A stretch of DNA of 61,181 nt, filler included, from Globobulimina sp. (GCA_003354225.1; 7 parts of 7 records of this genome joined end to end with filler, not necessarily neighbours in it); one strand, 5' to 3'; shown: positions 9,936 through 23,003, numbered from the whole stretch's first letter. Numbers and translations: made by a program. The notes: generated by a model not told the origin, from the letters alone.

Positions 9936-12900
9936 ATGGCAAACAAACAGTCCGTCTTATTAAAGATGATATTATCAATGATTTATACAATTGCAATTGT
10001 AACGAGTACTTCAATTAGCAGTGATCGTCCAAATATAATATTTATGTTTGCAGACGATATGGGATTTAATGATGTTCAGTTCACCTCATCAGATTTAACC
10101 CAACCGTCGACAGATACAAACACGCCAAACTTAAACAAATTAGCACGAGTCGAAGGTATAGTATTACACAATTATTATGTCCATCGCATGTGTAGCCCGA
10201 CGAGAGCCGCATTCCTCTCCGGACGGTACTCCTTTCGTTCTGGAATGGCGACCAATTTATTGCAGCCAGATATGGCAGTTTCGTTAACGAGACAAGTTTC
10301 TCTCCTTTCTGAAGAGTTTAAACTCGCCGGTTACAATACGCACGCCATTGGGTACTGTATATGTATAATATATGATATTTATAATAAATTAAAATAACAA
10401 TAACAATACAAATAAATAGTAAATGGCATTTAGGCTATCAAGCGTGGGAATATACGCCTACTTATCGTGGATTTGACACATTTTACGGTTATTACAATGC
10501 GTGGACTGATTATTATTTGTCTGATTATTATATTATTGTAGACGATGTGGAAAAGAATTACCTCGATTTGCGACAGAATGAAGATGTAATGAGCACCGAC
10601 AACATTTATAGCATTGATAGATTTCGAGACGAAGCCATTGGTATTTTGAGTAATAATGAGAATGCTCCATTTTTTATGTACATCGCGTGGCAATCTTCGC
10701 ATTTACCATCAGAAGCACCCGATGCTTATCTTGATTTATACAAAGAAAGCACTACGGATCAAGGCGTGGCTTTGGATGAAGCGCGCATTTATAACCAGGC
10801 CCAAACCAGCTGTATGGATGCGGCCATTGGCCAAATTGTAGCGGCGTTGAAAGCAAACAGTTTGTGGAGCAATACGTTGCTCATATTTTCGAGTGACAAT
10901 GGCGGCCTTATTAATGTTGGCGATAATTTCCCTTTGCGCGGCTATAAAAAGACTGTGTTTGAGGGCGGATTAAGAGTTCCCGCATTTGTTTCCGGCGGGT
11001 ATTTGAGTGCGGAGCAGAGAGGTCTGTCGTTGCTGCTTTTTTGTTTGCACTTTGCATATTTAAATGTTTTGCTGTAATTTCCAAATTAAGGCAAAGTCAC
11101 AGGCGGCAATGAGTATTTTCATGTAACTGATTGGTATCCGACCTTATTGGAGGCAGCAGGCATTGAAGTGCAATACGCCAAATCCAGCAAAAAGAAGGTA
11201 GAAAATGAAGTGGTTGGCTGGGAAGCATCTGATTATGTGATCCCGTTGGATGGCATTTCAATTTGGAACAGAATACAACACGGCACAATGGACCAGGCCT
11301 TGAGCAGTCGGGTCATGTATTTGGATGTTGTGGTTGATGCGGATTTAAATTGTTTGAATGGCAGTGTACGATCTGGGAAATGGAAATATATCAAAGGTTT
11401 GGGCACCACGGATAGTGCTGACACGGATGATGGGTATTTATGGGGCGACTCGTTTGCCGATGTCTCCTCCGATCGACATTTGTGGGGCCGGCATTTTGCA
11501 AATGGAGAGATTGAGAACTCATTGGGCTGCGATTTGGATCCGAATGCAGAGCCCGCCAATTTACTGTGCTTTGAGACTGTCGAAGGCTGTTTGTTCGATT
11601 TGGAGGCTGATCCGTGCGAAATGAATGATGTCAGTGTCGAATTTCCAGTCAAATTCGATGATTTGAGACAGAAATTACAAGATTTGGCGAAAAGTATACC
11701 CACTGATGTGACAAGCGATGGGTTGTTCGGTATGGATTCCACAGACGAATGGTGTCCAAGTTCAAGTGGTGAATATTGGGGACCGTGGCAAGAATACGCA
11801 CTCACTGGCTTTGAACAAGTGCTATTAACAGATTTTAATGCGCTGTATGCTGATGGACAACTTATGGGAAATAATGAAAAAACGAAAGAATTAACTAAAA
11901 TGCATCCACGGGTCACAGTGTCGTCTTCGTGCAATGATAAAGATGAGGGATTATATTATATTAAGCCGACTGTGCACGGCGCCATAATCCCAGTGATATG
12001 CAATGGTGGCTTTACAATGTTGGATGCCTCCTTAAATTTTGACGCTTTATCCACATATTTCTCGTCAATGTATCTTTATGGCGATGGAGCAAAAGCCATT
12101 TATGGGACAGATTGCAGTGACTCTGCGGGATGGAGGGATTGGTACATTCCGGCAAATGCAAATACAAAATTCCGTGTTGCCAGAGACTGTCTTGAATGTG
12201 AACAAGGTTCGTTTGTATTGTGTACAATATTTTATTTTGCAATTAATTTCAATTTAAGGCGGAATATACGGCGACAACACTGGTTATTATATGTCAAATG
12301 GCTATTTTTGTCCGGTGATGCTGGATATTGATGGCTGTTCGGACAAGAAAGATCTGAGTGGCCAGGTGGTGCCAGACGTGATGTGCAATATTTGCGACGA
12401 TGTGGATGGTTTATGCGGCGATGGTGAGGGCAGAACTGGCGAAACTTTATTCGATTCAGCAGATCCGTCGTGGTGCGACTGTTATACCTTGCAACTGAGT
12501 GCAGATCATCTGACCACAACGGAACACGGAGCATATTGCCAAGACACTTTAGATTGGCGGCCCAATTTGGTGGTCGATCGAAGCCAATGTACTTGTTATA
12601 AACCGTTGGATGTCGAATTGCAAATATATGATGACATCGAAATGAGTCAATTGCCATTTGTTTCTGCCGCGTTTAAGGATGAGATCATAGCCTCCGGATT
12701 GTACATTGATGACTTGATTATATGGGATGAGGAGGAGGATGATGACTCCATCTCTGATAAGACGACATGTGGAGAAACAACAACTTATCTGAGTCAAGAC
12801 GACTTTTTATATGGAACTTATAGAATTACGGACTGTGGGAATTATGTGTTGACCCAAGACATTGTGGTGAATTTCAATAAACCATCTCGAAAATTTGACT

Positions 12901-14899
12901 TCTTTGCGGGCGATTCGCCAAATTCCTACAATATGGAGGACCTGCCTTGGTTTCCAAGCACTGCACAACAAGAAAGTGGGCAATATTTTGGCTTTAACGC
13001 CTTTTGGGGGCCGTACTCCATTGGCTTTATGGCAGCCATCACAGTGGAAACCGACCACGTTTATATTGATTTAAATGGGTTTAGCATTTCTATGGATTAT
13101 GAATTTTATTTACAACAACGCTTCTTTGCGCTGATTGAGTTTGGAAACAAGCAGTTTGAAGCCCGACAGGGTCCGGTTGATTTTGGCAGAGATGACTTGT
13201 GCGCAAAAGACATCATTGTCAAAGACGGCACATTGGGTTTATCGTCGCATCATGGCATTCATGGTTCGTGTGTCAAAGGGGCCGTAATCTCAAATGTGAA
13301 CATCGCAAACTTTGATGTGACTGGAATACAATGCAATGGCTGCCGAGCAATGACGATCGAAAGTTGTGAGATTGGACCACAAAATGTCAATATTCCAGTA
13401 CGTGGCAGATATACACATGCGAGGATTATGCTGTCGCGGCTGCGATATCTCGTGGATGAGTATGGAGCGGAAACATTGTCATTTGCCAACCGTAATGGTG
13501 CGGTTATTACTGTTCAGGAATTGGCGGATACGTTGATAGAACAAATGGATATGGTTTATTATCATATTATTGATGGCATTGAATTCGCTGAGGATAACTC
13601 ACAATGGATGACGGCCAAAGAAACCTTCATAAATCCGAGTGGTTGGATGGTATGTAATTAATGTCGTATTTTATTTTATATACTAATTATTTTCTTTTAT
13701 TTTATTGTGTGTAGGATGGTGGCTCATCGTATGGTATATTACTGAATGGATTTGGAACGGCCGTGGTGAATATTGGAAGAAGAACGGGCTCAACGTTCGA
13801 TATTAACATTGCTGATGTGGAGATCCATGATATTCGGGTCAAACCGTACGAGAATTTTTGGGCTGCAGCCGGTAGCCATATTGTTCATGGATTTTTTTTC
13901 GAGACAATTGATTGGAATGGAAATGTTATGGATGACAGTGGCCTCTATTTAGGTGATACGTACACCGACATTTTGTTTGCGGCAAATAAATATTTATCGC
14001 ATGAGTTTTGTCCATTGGGTCCTTTGTTTTATTTGGATGCCTTGGCAGACTGGGTATGGATCGACGGGACATCCACAAATGAGCTGGATCTCGATTTTCG
14101 CTGTGGCTCTGACATACAATCACATGTCTCCAAAGGGGCTATGGGTATACGGATTGACGGTGTTCAGGATTATTCATTGCAGAATGTTTACATTCATGAT
14201 ATTGCCAATTGGGGCGATTTGGGCAGTTCAGCCTGCGGCGAATATGAAGGCATCACCTTTGAAATCGGTGTTGATGTTGACAAGGACATACAATATGGCT
14301 ATACCGGCAGCAAAGTACATGGCATATTGACAGATTATGCGACTGGAACTTTAAAGAACATCAAAATCGAACATTTAAAATCATTGTATGGCTCTGCGAA
14401 TGCTATTGCTTTATACAAAGGATCAGCTGCGACATTGGATGGATATATAAATATAAATGATATTATTGCTGGTTCTTCGCTGTCGGCAGATGAAGCAAAG
14501 CAATTAATTTTACCAAATCCGCAGCCATTTGTGTGTTCAATATTGATTGGAGCGAATTCTGATTCTGAGACAAATCCGGAATTAACACCAAGTGTCTCAA
14601 TCAATGGTGATTTTATAGTGAGTGCTACAAATTTATTTGGCTATGATTATTGTTTGGAAAATGAACGTGTTGGAACCATGGCTGATGTGAAGACACCGCA
14701 ATATTTTGGAGAAACAAATGTTGTTAATGGTGATTTGGTATTTTCAGCGAAGAAAATTAATTTTAAAAATACATTTATTTTAGGATTATTATCCATATTT
14801 GTTGTGGCTGCCATTCTTTTCTTTAAAATTGATAAGAAAAAATTAAATGAATTACAAAAAAGCAAATTTACAACCTATGGTTCAGTTATAACTAATTAA
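9936..14899 (+). CDS. Arylsulfatase (S1 family, ARSB-like) fused to Cys-rich and beta-helix-like domains with C-terminal TM
   Basis: Signal peptide, PNIIFMFADDMG, CSPTRAAFLSGRY, GKWHLG (across an intron), SSDNGG, FHVTDWYPTL and LFDLEADPCE. In-frame introns at 10352-10419, 11022-11090, 12207-12258 and 13650-13714. Confidence 0.9.
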
Positions 14900-15379
14900 A
14901 AAACATATAATTATAATTTTATGTCTTATTTTATTTTTTTAGTTTTATGTATGTTTAGCTGTGACTGTTGTGTTTCCATTTGTTGTTGTTTTTGTACGAT
15001 TATATTTCTATCGCCAATTATAAATTTTCTTTTTTTTCCTTGTTTGTTTTGATTAATTGCTGATCAATACTGAAAGTTAATAGTTGCTTAGGTTGCAGAT
15101 TAGATTGCAAGATTCCAGGATAGTAATTTCGAGCTGATATATCAGTTCATTATCATATAACTTTTGAGAAAGACTCAACTTGTATCATTTTTCTTTATCT
15201 ACAATTAATCATCCTCTTATCTCACGTTTGCTAGCAGGCGGGCACTATATAAACTATTTACCGAATCACGGCCTTGGGAATATTGCCGTACAGGCTCTCA
15301 ACGATATATTCATGTACAAAATTCTTAGTGAATAGTAAAAAACTTTCCTAGTGAAAATGTTCTGAAAATATTCTGAAAA

Positions 15380-15449
15380 TCCCACGTAGCTCAATTGGTA
15401 GAGCACTGCCTTTATGCAGAAGATCCAGGTTCAAATTCTGGCGTGTGAC
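15380..15449 (+). pseudogene. tRNA-like pseudogene or tRNA-derived repeat
   Basis: A-box TAGCTCAATTGGTAGAGC, T-arm CCAGG-TTCAAAT-TCTGG and acceptor TCCCACG/CGTGTGA. The anticodon arm is shortened (6-nt loop). Confidence 0.7.
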
Positions 15450-15528
15450 TGTGGCGGATGGCGTTCTCAATCCAGGTGTGCAAGAATTTGAAATAAGAAA
15501 AATGGTAAATGCATGAAATAAGAAAAAT

Positions 15529-15590
15529 GGGCACCTAGCTCAAATGGCAAAGCATTGGTTTGGATGGATTGCAAACCAAATGGATGTACA
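15529..15590 (+). pseudogene. Degenerate tRNA 5' half
   Basis: GGGCACC-TAGCTCAAATGGCAAAGCA followed by a TTGGTTT/AAACCAA stem. No T-arm. Confidence 0.4.
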
Positions 15591-16042
15591 GTGATGTTCC
15601 CGATAAGAACTACACATATGATCCTAATCATATATATGACTTAGGATAATATATTTAATAAATGGTGGACCTGTCAAGGGATCATATAAGATCATATACA
15701 GTGGACTTTCTTGTATTGTGCGTTTCATTGATTGTGCGTTTTTATTTGTTTTAACTGATCAAAAAACGAACAATATAAGAAACTTTCACTTATTGCTCAT
15801 TTTACTGGTGCCTGAATAATATTTCACTTATTGTGCGGCGAACAATACTAGAAAGTCAACTGTATGCATTATATAAAGGCTAAGTCATCATAAAAGTCAA
15901 CTTTCTTTCACCATTACTAGTATCGACATAAAAAACAAACAAAAATACGTAAGGTAATGGCTATTAAAAAAAACAACACAAAAATAGGAAAGAAATGAAA
16001 GAAACAATGTTATTCAATACTGAATAGTGAAAAAGAAAAGAA

Positions 16043-17128
16043 TTAATCAAAGCCGTTTTTCCTTTTATTTACAAGCTTACCAATTTCATCGCTGTACAGC
16101 TTTAGTTTATCGCGCAATGCATCGATTTCAGAGGACGTTGCTTGAATCAATTTCAATTTCGATTGCGAGACTTCTTCAATTCGTGCCTTAGATTCATTTT
16201 CTTTTTCCTGCAAAACAGAATGTAACTTTTCAATATCATTTTGCATCGAAGCACATTCTTTTTGCAAGTTATTATTCTTCTCATTTTTTTCATGTATTTC
16301 TGATTCAAATGATCTCTGTTTATTTGCATAAAATTCGTCAATTTTCTTTCTTTCCAATTCCAGCCGTTTATCATATTCCTCTTCTAGATCCATCTTAATT
16401 TGTTCTATATCAATGTGCGAGTCCTCCTCTTCTTGTTGTTGTAGTGCCGATATATGCGCATATTCTAAATCTTCATATTCCAATCGAATTTGCTCCCGGA
16501 TATCCTGCTGCAACTTGGCTCTCATTCGAGCCACAGCCGAGTCGTATCTGTCATCATATTGTGCTTGGATCTCAGCTAATATTTCATTCCGAATCTCTTC
16601 TTCTAAAACTTCTCTTTCTTTTTTCTCCAAATCTTCCATATTTGCTTCATGCCCCGCATTAAATTTACGCCATGCTATCTCGTGCACACTTTTACTGCGT
16701 CGATCAAATGAGACTGCGGCGGTCGGTGAGGAAAGATGTACTTCTTGCTGTGACTGCTCTTGTTGTCTCCGATTCTTTTCATCCAATATCTGCTGTTGTA
16801 GCGCCTGCACCATTTCCCGATCGGGATGGACAAAGTTGCGCGTCCCACTCATCTCTGTCTGCACTGCTTCTAAACCTTTCTTGATGGTTTTACAATAATT
16901 TATAATATCTTTTGATTGTGATGCATTGATATCATTGTCACTCCGATACTGTTTGCTTAACTTCTCAATCTCATACAATGCAGACGACGATAAACGTAAG
17001 TTATCATCGATTAAATCCATGACCGATCGATAAGTCTGCGATTTCTGTCCCATTGTATTTATTGCCTCCATCCGGGTCTCTGCCGAGGTGGAGGCCGAAG
17101 TCATTATGCGCACCAATCGAGTCTCTAA
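16043..17128 (-). CDS. Eukaryotic-type coiled-coil protein (C-terminal part)
   Basis: E/K/Q-rich heptad sequence, in frame with the upstream YebC fragment. Confidence 0.7.
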   Translation of the reverse strand, partial: LETRLVRIMTSASTSAETRMEAINTMGQKSQTYRSVMDLIDDNLRLSSSALYEIEKLSKQYRSDNDINASQSKDIINYCKTIKKGLEAVQTEMSGTRNFVHPDREMVQALQQQILDEKNRRQQEQSQQEVHLSSPTAAVSFDRRSKSVHEIAWRKFNAGHEANMEDLEKKEREVLEEEIRNEILAEIQAQYDDRYDSAVARMRAKLQQDIREQIRLEYEDLEYAHISALQQQEEEDSHIDIEQIKMDLEEEYDKRLELERKKIDEFYANKQRSFESEIHEKNEKNNNLQKECASMQNDIEKLHSVLQEKENESKARIEEVSQSKLKLIQATSSEIDALRDKLKLYSDEIGKLVNKRKNGFD

Positions 17129-17454
17129 CTCTTCAATCTCCTCCAAGCCCGAATCGATAAGCTCAAGTTCCAGTTCTTCGATATCCATGTCTTCGGTTTT
17201 ATCGAACTCAATAACCGTTTTTCTGGAAAACATATATTCCAATGATCCATTAGGAACTAATCCACCTCCTGCTTTGTTGAAGTATGACTTAACATTAGCA
17301 ACGGTTCTGGTGGTATTATCACTCGCACATTCAATAAATACCAAAACACCGTGAGGACCTTTACCTTCGTAAGTAACCTCAATGTATGAATCGGCATCTT
17401 TACCCTCCGCTCTTTTGATCGCTGAATCAATATTGTCTTTAGGCATATTCTGAG
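17129..17454 (-). CDS. yebC: Bacterial YebC/PmpR (TACO1 family) internal fragment
   Basis: [14 protein letters not shown]...[36 protein letters not shown]...[10 protein letters not shown]...[11 protein letters not shown]. Lies at the contig edge. Confidence 0.9.
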
Positions 17455-17554
17455 NNNNNNNNNNNNNNNNNNNNNNNNNNNNNNNNNNNNNNNNNNNNTT
17501 AATTAATTAANNNNNNNNNNNNNNNNNNNNNNNNNNNNNNNNNNNNNNNNNNNN

Positions 17555-18882
17555 CAAAACATTTTATTACTGAACTGCCAGCAACATTTAATAAATTAAA
17601 TCATTTAAAATTTACAGGGACATTACATGATTCACCACGGAAATATATTAATATTGACAGTGTTTCACGATTTCCACATTTATTATATTTAGAATTCCAT
17701 AAAATAGAGATTGACGCACAAAGTATTTCAATGAGCCAATTTTTAAAAAAAGAGAAATTGCGATTTGAAAATGTAAATGAAATTTATAACATTAATATCA
17801 ACGATGATGAATTAAATGAATTTATTGGTATTCGAGCCAGAATAAGTTATCGATACAAAATAATGAATGAAATATTATCATATTTTAAGAATTTACTTGT
17901 TTTTAAATATTATGATGACGGTGTAACTATAAACTCGATTGAAATGGATCTATCACAAAAACATAACAATAACAATAATAACAATGATCATATTTATAAT
18001 GTTGCATTTATCAAAAGATTACGAGAGAATAATGGATGTATTGCATTTCCTGAGTCCTTGCAATTTATATCATTGATTAATTGTGATTGTTTATTGGATT
18101 TCAGTGCATGTCAAAATATTATTGGATTAAATTTATACGGCATTAATTATAAACAAATTATCAAATGGCCAATATGTAATATTATACAATGTTTAATATG
18201 TTCCACTCAAACTGAAATAACACAGGATTGGAACAATATATTTGAATCCACAAAATACCAATACAACAACAAGAAGCTTAAGGGCAATAATAATAATATC
18301 CATATGTATGCACATATGTTACCTGTCCGTTTTATGAAACGTATTACAAATCGCACGTTAGAAGAGCCCATCGAAGGCATATTACAAAGATCGATCAGTA
18401 CACAGTCAACCAAATCAATCAAGTCAATGCAATCAAGTGATAGCACTGTAAAACCAATCAAAAGTAAGATTGATCAAATATATGTTGCAAATAAGTTGAA
18501 CAAATCAATGAAATCATTTGATCTCTATAATAATAATAATATGAACATGGATATGAATCTAAATCTAAATAATATGAATTCTTTAAACGATTTAATCGCT
18601 TTGCCATTGGATAAAGTCCAGAAATCTTTAATCTTTGATGTGTTTGAAGAATACAAAAAAATGGAATTTATTGTGAGTAAAGATAACGAATTAATGTGTA
18701 TGGAAATTGAGGATGAAAATGAAATATTTTATCGGCTTTTGGCAACAATTTATGGACAAAAACCGGATTTATTACAAAATAAAATTGAGCTATATGAGAG
18801 TTGGTGGAAATTAAAAATTGCAATTTGGATAAAACATATCGGTAAACAGATAATACCAAAATCACAAAGAAATATTTTTTAA
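17555..18882 (+). CDS. Uncharacterised protein, possibly LRR-like, 5'-truncated
   Basis: Long ORF open from the contig edge, with LxxLxL-like segments and Asn-rich tracts. Confidence 0.55.
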
Positions 18883-18895
18883 AATCGTGCAGAAC

Positions 18896-20501
18896 TCAGA
18901 AGTGGCCATGGTGATAAGAATAATTATCATCTGTTTTGATTGTATCATTCCACTTATATTTATTTGCTTGAAATGAATAAAAAGACCCCACCACAAATGC
19001 CAATTCATTTGAATTTGGGTTTGTTATTTCATTTAAAAATTTAATTCCTTTTTCTGTGATATTATTATTTATTAAATCCAATATCTTTAGGTTGGTTTTT
19101 GGGGTTTTTTTATAAAAGTTTTTTATAATTTCACATGATTCATCCCTTAATAAACAATGACTTAACGATAAATGTATTAATTTATCACATTTTAAACTTA
19201 TTGCTTCAAACAATTTTGTAACTGTTTTGTTTGATCGTTTTAATTTATTTAACATTGGTATACCATCAAATAATAACTTTTTTACTCTTAATTTATAATT
19301 CCGTCTTAAAATAGAATCACATATTAACAGTACATCGTGTTGGTCCCATGCATTATGCGATAAATCTAAAACTTGTATAGTTTCAAATGTTAATTTATGA
19401 CTCGAAAACAATAAGTTACAAATCCATTTCACATCATGTTTGTGTACCATATATTTCCCATCATTCTCAATATTGAATGGATTGAAATGAGGCACATCAT
19501 TATCATAAATATACACATTTGTTTTTTCTTCTTTTATAATGTCTTTTTCATCAAAATAAATCCTGCTTTCATCCTCTTCTTCGTTTCTTATTTCACTAAA
19601 TGTTAAAGCCACTAATTTGGATTTTTGATTCAAATGTCGACTAAAATCAAATGTTATTATATTTGATGGAATGCCTTGCAATTCAATTTGCTGTGTTTGC
19701 TGTTTATTATTTACGAGCGGCCCGTATGATATTAAAAAATATAATAATTGTTTTCTTTGCAGTTTATCGATATAGATTTCAGAATATTTATTGTCCGGAT
19801 TATAAAAAGAGCGATATAATCCTTGCATAATGGCAAAATAATTACCATTATAAAATCTAATAAAATGATGATTAAAATATATGGAATCTGACAGGTAAAC
19901 ACCTGAAAAATCAAAGTTATCCAAATTGAATAAGTTGGCAAAATATTTATTGATTAATGGTAAGGTTTTATATCGTTTATATTCCATTAAATAGGATGCA
20001 ATTGAACCAATAATAATTTTTGATGGTAACATGGTACATAATAAATTATCATTATTTGCACGGATTGATCTGTTTATTTCATGATACCATTCTTGTATTA
20101 AGTCTTTATTATGGCCTCGGAAATTAAAATATGTTTCTTCTGATTTTATTAACAATCTAATTGTATATGTTTTAAAATTTTGATTATATTTCGGTGATGT
20201 TATTTTGGTAAATTGTTTTAAATCAATTGCCTCGGTCGGATTTGTATATATCTATATAAATTTGTATATATCCATATAAATTTGTATATATCTACATAAA
20301 TTATACTGATATAATTTTATATAAATATAATACATTTTGCACCTGTTTTTTTACAAATGTATATAGATAATTTTTATGTAAAACAAGCCATCGTTGTCTC
20401 CATTTGCCCAAATGGCGGCTTTGTTTATATAAAAATTCTTCTTTGCGAATTGCCGATTCATTCACAACGTTTATTTCTTCAGCGGCAAATAGAGAGCCCA
20501 T
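18896..20501 (-). CDS. PH domain + F-box-like + RNI-type LRR protein, N-myristoylation candidate
   Basis: MGSLF start; PH (FLYKQSRHLGKWRQRWLVL...EWYHEINRSI) across an intron at ~20252-20342; F-box-like IASYL..LPLINKYF; LRRs VLDLSHN, LSLSHCLL and ILDLINNNITEKG. Confidence 0.8.
20241..20300. repeat. 3 x 20-bp tandem repeat spanning an intron acceptor
   Basis: TTTGTATATATC(T/C)A(T/C)ATAAA repeated three times. Confidence 0.9.
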
Positions 20502-20718
20502 GTTGAAGATATTAAAAGTTGTTAATTTGGATTGAAGAACAAAAACACATTCATTTTAATGCTTGTACCCAATATAAAAATTGTTAATTTGGATCGTATC
20601 AACACACTTAATACAAACAGTGGATACAATCAACAAAAAGGAATCGAAAGCAAAAATATGAGAAAGTGTCTGTCTCCTTTGCAATCAAAGCAAAATAAGC
20701 AAATTAAACATTAATAAA

Positions 20719-22815
20719 TTATAAAATAAATGTTACTTCATATCCTCTATGACTTTGAATCGGTAATTTTTTCACTGAAATCTCCTTTTTATCTTTATTA
20801 AAAAACTCATTTACACAATCCACTGCAAACTTTAATTCAATTAATTCATCGAATGGTTTAACAAACATCCAAATCACACCAATTATATCCTGTGGCACAA
20901 ATATATCTTCATCATATTGGTTGGCTGCTTCTTGCAACGCATTATATCTCGATTTGGTTAATTGTTTAAATATTTCAGGTCGGTATCTACAATGGTATCC
21001 AATCTCTAATTTCTTCAAAATATCTGCATTTTCATCACTTTTAATCATCCAATTTTTTAACTCTTTCTCAATACGATTAATTTGGGCAATATAAATATTA
21101 AATGAAGCATCATAAAAATCTTCTTTTTTCTCTTCTCCCTCTTCTTCCTCGATATTATTTTCTTGTCTATATAATTGTATATCTAATCCATATATTAATA
21201 CTCGTAAACGCTGCACTTTACTCATCACCACTTTGTATTTTGCTGTGGCTTGTTTCCAATTCAAACCAATATTACTATGCTTATCTGGTACCATGGATGA
21301 AGTAAACATTCCATTTGATATTCCGTGACCATGTGCTGCCAGAATCGGTGGTGCTGGAATTGGTGCGGCCGCTGCTATTGCCGCTGGTATTGGTGCTGGT
21401 ATAGGTACCGGAGGTGGGACAGGAGCAACATTACTGATTGACGCCATTAATGCATTGGGGAGTCTTCGTCTTTCCGGTTTTAACGAACAATCAGATTCAG
21501 CAACGAATTGATCGATAACAGACTGTGGTATGCCATTTACTGTCATTTCATGGATAACTGCATCAATTTTAACACCGATTTGTAACATTTTCTTATATTC
21601 TGTTAAATCAATATTATCAGCACAAGAATCGTTTTGTTTCACTTCCTGTTTATACTCATCATCATTATCGTCGTTTTGATTTCTTTTAAGCTTATTTTTC
21701 AAAGCATTTTGTAATTTATTTTGCAATGCTTTGGTATCAATGGCTCCAATATCATTTTTAATTTGTTGTTGTTTCGTTTTTTGATCCATTTTATGTTTCA
21801 GCATTCGCGGCATTTGCGGTTGTAGAGCTGAACCAAATTTTATTGCTTTCTCCCGAATCTTATTAAAATCAGCATCAGTCATTATAAATTGTGGCTTATT
21901 TATCTCATCCACTAATTTGCCTTTCTCTTTTAATGTGTTCCATCTTTTACTTTGAAACAATTCTTTTGCAGTGGGTTTGGTGCTTATTTTTTGTAAAAAA
22001 TCTATAATATTCGCATATCTTTCATGACCACTTAATGCAATATCTTCGTTACGAAATTTACTTAAAATTAACGACGATAAAAATATTTTACTATATATCT
22101 CATTGCTGATTATCGCTCTCATTGACTCATTAAATGTGTCCATGAAATATAAGCATTTCAATACATTCTCACGTAAACTGTAAAGTTTTTCAATTAATCG
22201 AATTCTTGGAATTAAATTTGGAATATTAAAGATTGAAAACATAAGCTTGTCTTCGTGTGCACATTGCGTTGGAGGTATGAATGAGTTTAAATGTTGTTTG
22301 CATAAATCCCATCCATTATTATTTGAAATATCGTCCCAATAAAATAAGTATGTGGATAAGCTTGAAATATTATCCATGCCCAATAAGGTATCATTACCGG
22401 TGACCAATGCAGCCATAAATTGATTAACTGATAAATTAGCAAAGGCTGTGGCGCGAAATGCAGATATAAATCCAGGATATATGGTCATTCCCATCTGTCC
22501 TCTACGCGGACAATATCTTTTCACAATTTTGCGTGCTTGCGATAATGACAGCGAATTGTCATTATTATTATCATTCATTTTTATTGCTTCTTTTTTCTCA
22601 TAAATAGCAGTATCAACTAATTTTTGTTGTAATTGAGCTTCTTTGCTGCGTTTATCTTCTGTTTGTTGAGAAATTGGTGGTGGGTCTGCTGTTAAAATAA
22701 GTTTTATCATTGATGCCTTTGTGGCACCAAATGTTATTTTTATGTTCAATGATTTGCAATGGTTTTTCAATTGCATGAATGACATTTTTAGCAATTCATC
22801 CTTTGTTTTTGCCAT
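20719..22815 (-). CDS. Degenerate formin-like actin regulator (partial FH2-like, YKKMLxxG motif, WH2-like, Pro-rich)
   Basis: N-terminal SAP/Rho-N-like helix pair; EDKLMFSIFNIPNLIPRIR resembles an FH2 segment; EYKKMLQIGVKIDAVIHEMTVNG; PNALMASIS; poly-Pro/Ala tract. Confidence 0.55.
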   Translation of the reverse strand: MAKTKDELLKMSFMQLKNHCKSLNIKITFGATKASMIKLILTADPPPISQQTEDKRSKEAQLQQKLVDTAIYEKKEAIKMNDNNNDNSLSLSQARKIVKRYCPRRGQMGMTIYPGFISAFRATAFANLSVNQFMAALVTGNDTLLGMDNISSLSTYLFYWDDISNNNGWDLCKQHLNSFIPPTQCAHEDKLMFSIFNIPNLIPRIRLIEKLYSLRENVLKCLYFMDTFNESMRAIISNEIYSKIFLSSLILSKFRNEDIALSGHERYANIIDFLQKISTKPTAKELFQSKRWNTLKEKGKLVDEINKPQFIMTDADFNKIREKAIKFGSALQPQMPRMLKHKMDQKTKQQQIKNDIGAIDTKALQNKLQNALKNKLKRNQNDDNDDEYKQEVKQNDSCADNIDLTEYKKMLQIGVKIDAVIHEMTVNGIPQSVIDQFVAESDCSLKPERRRLPNALMASISNVAPVPPPVPIPAPIPAAIAAAAPIPAPPILAAHGHGISNGMFTSSMVPDKHSNIGLNWKQATAKYKVVMSKVQRLRVLIYGLDIQLYRQENNIEEEEGEEKKEDFYDASFNIYIAQINRIEKELKNWMIKSDENADILKKLEIGYHCRYRPEIFKQLTKSRYNALQEAANQYDEDIFVPQDIIGVIWMFVKPFDELIELKFAVDCVNEFFNKDKKEISVKKLPIQSHRGYEVTFIL

Positions 22816-23003
22816 GGTATGATCAGATATATTGACGAGGAGTCGTAGAAAGCAAACAGACTGTCGACAGGAGCTGAAAAGTACACAAAAAAATGGTGGA
22901 AAGGTAGTGGTTGTAGTCAAAAAACTTCACAACTAACTGTAGACATTTATTATTGCTGAGCATCCGTTCGTTCCAGTCAGTTTTTAGAAATTAAAAATTT
23001 AAA

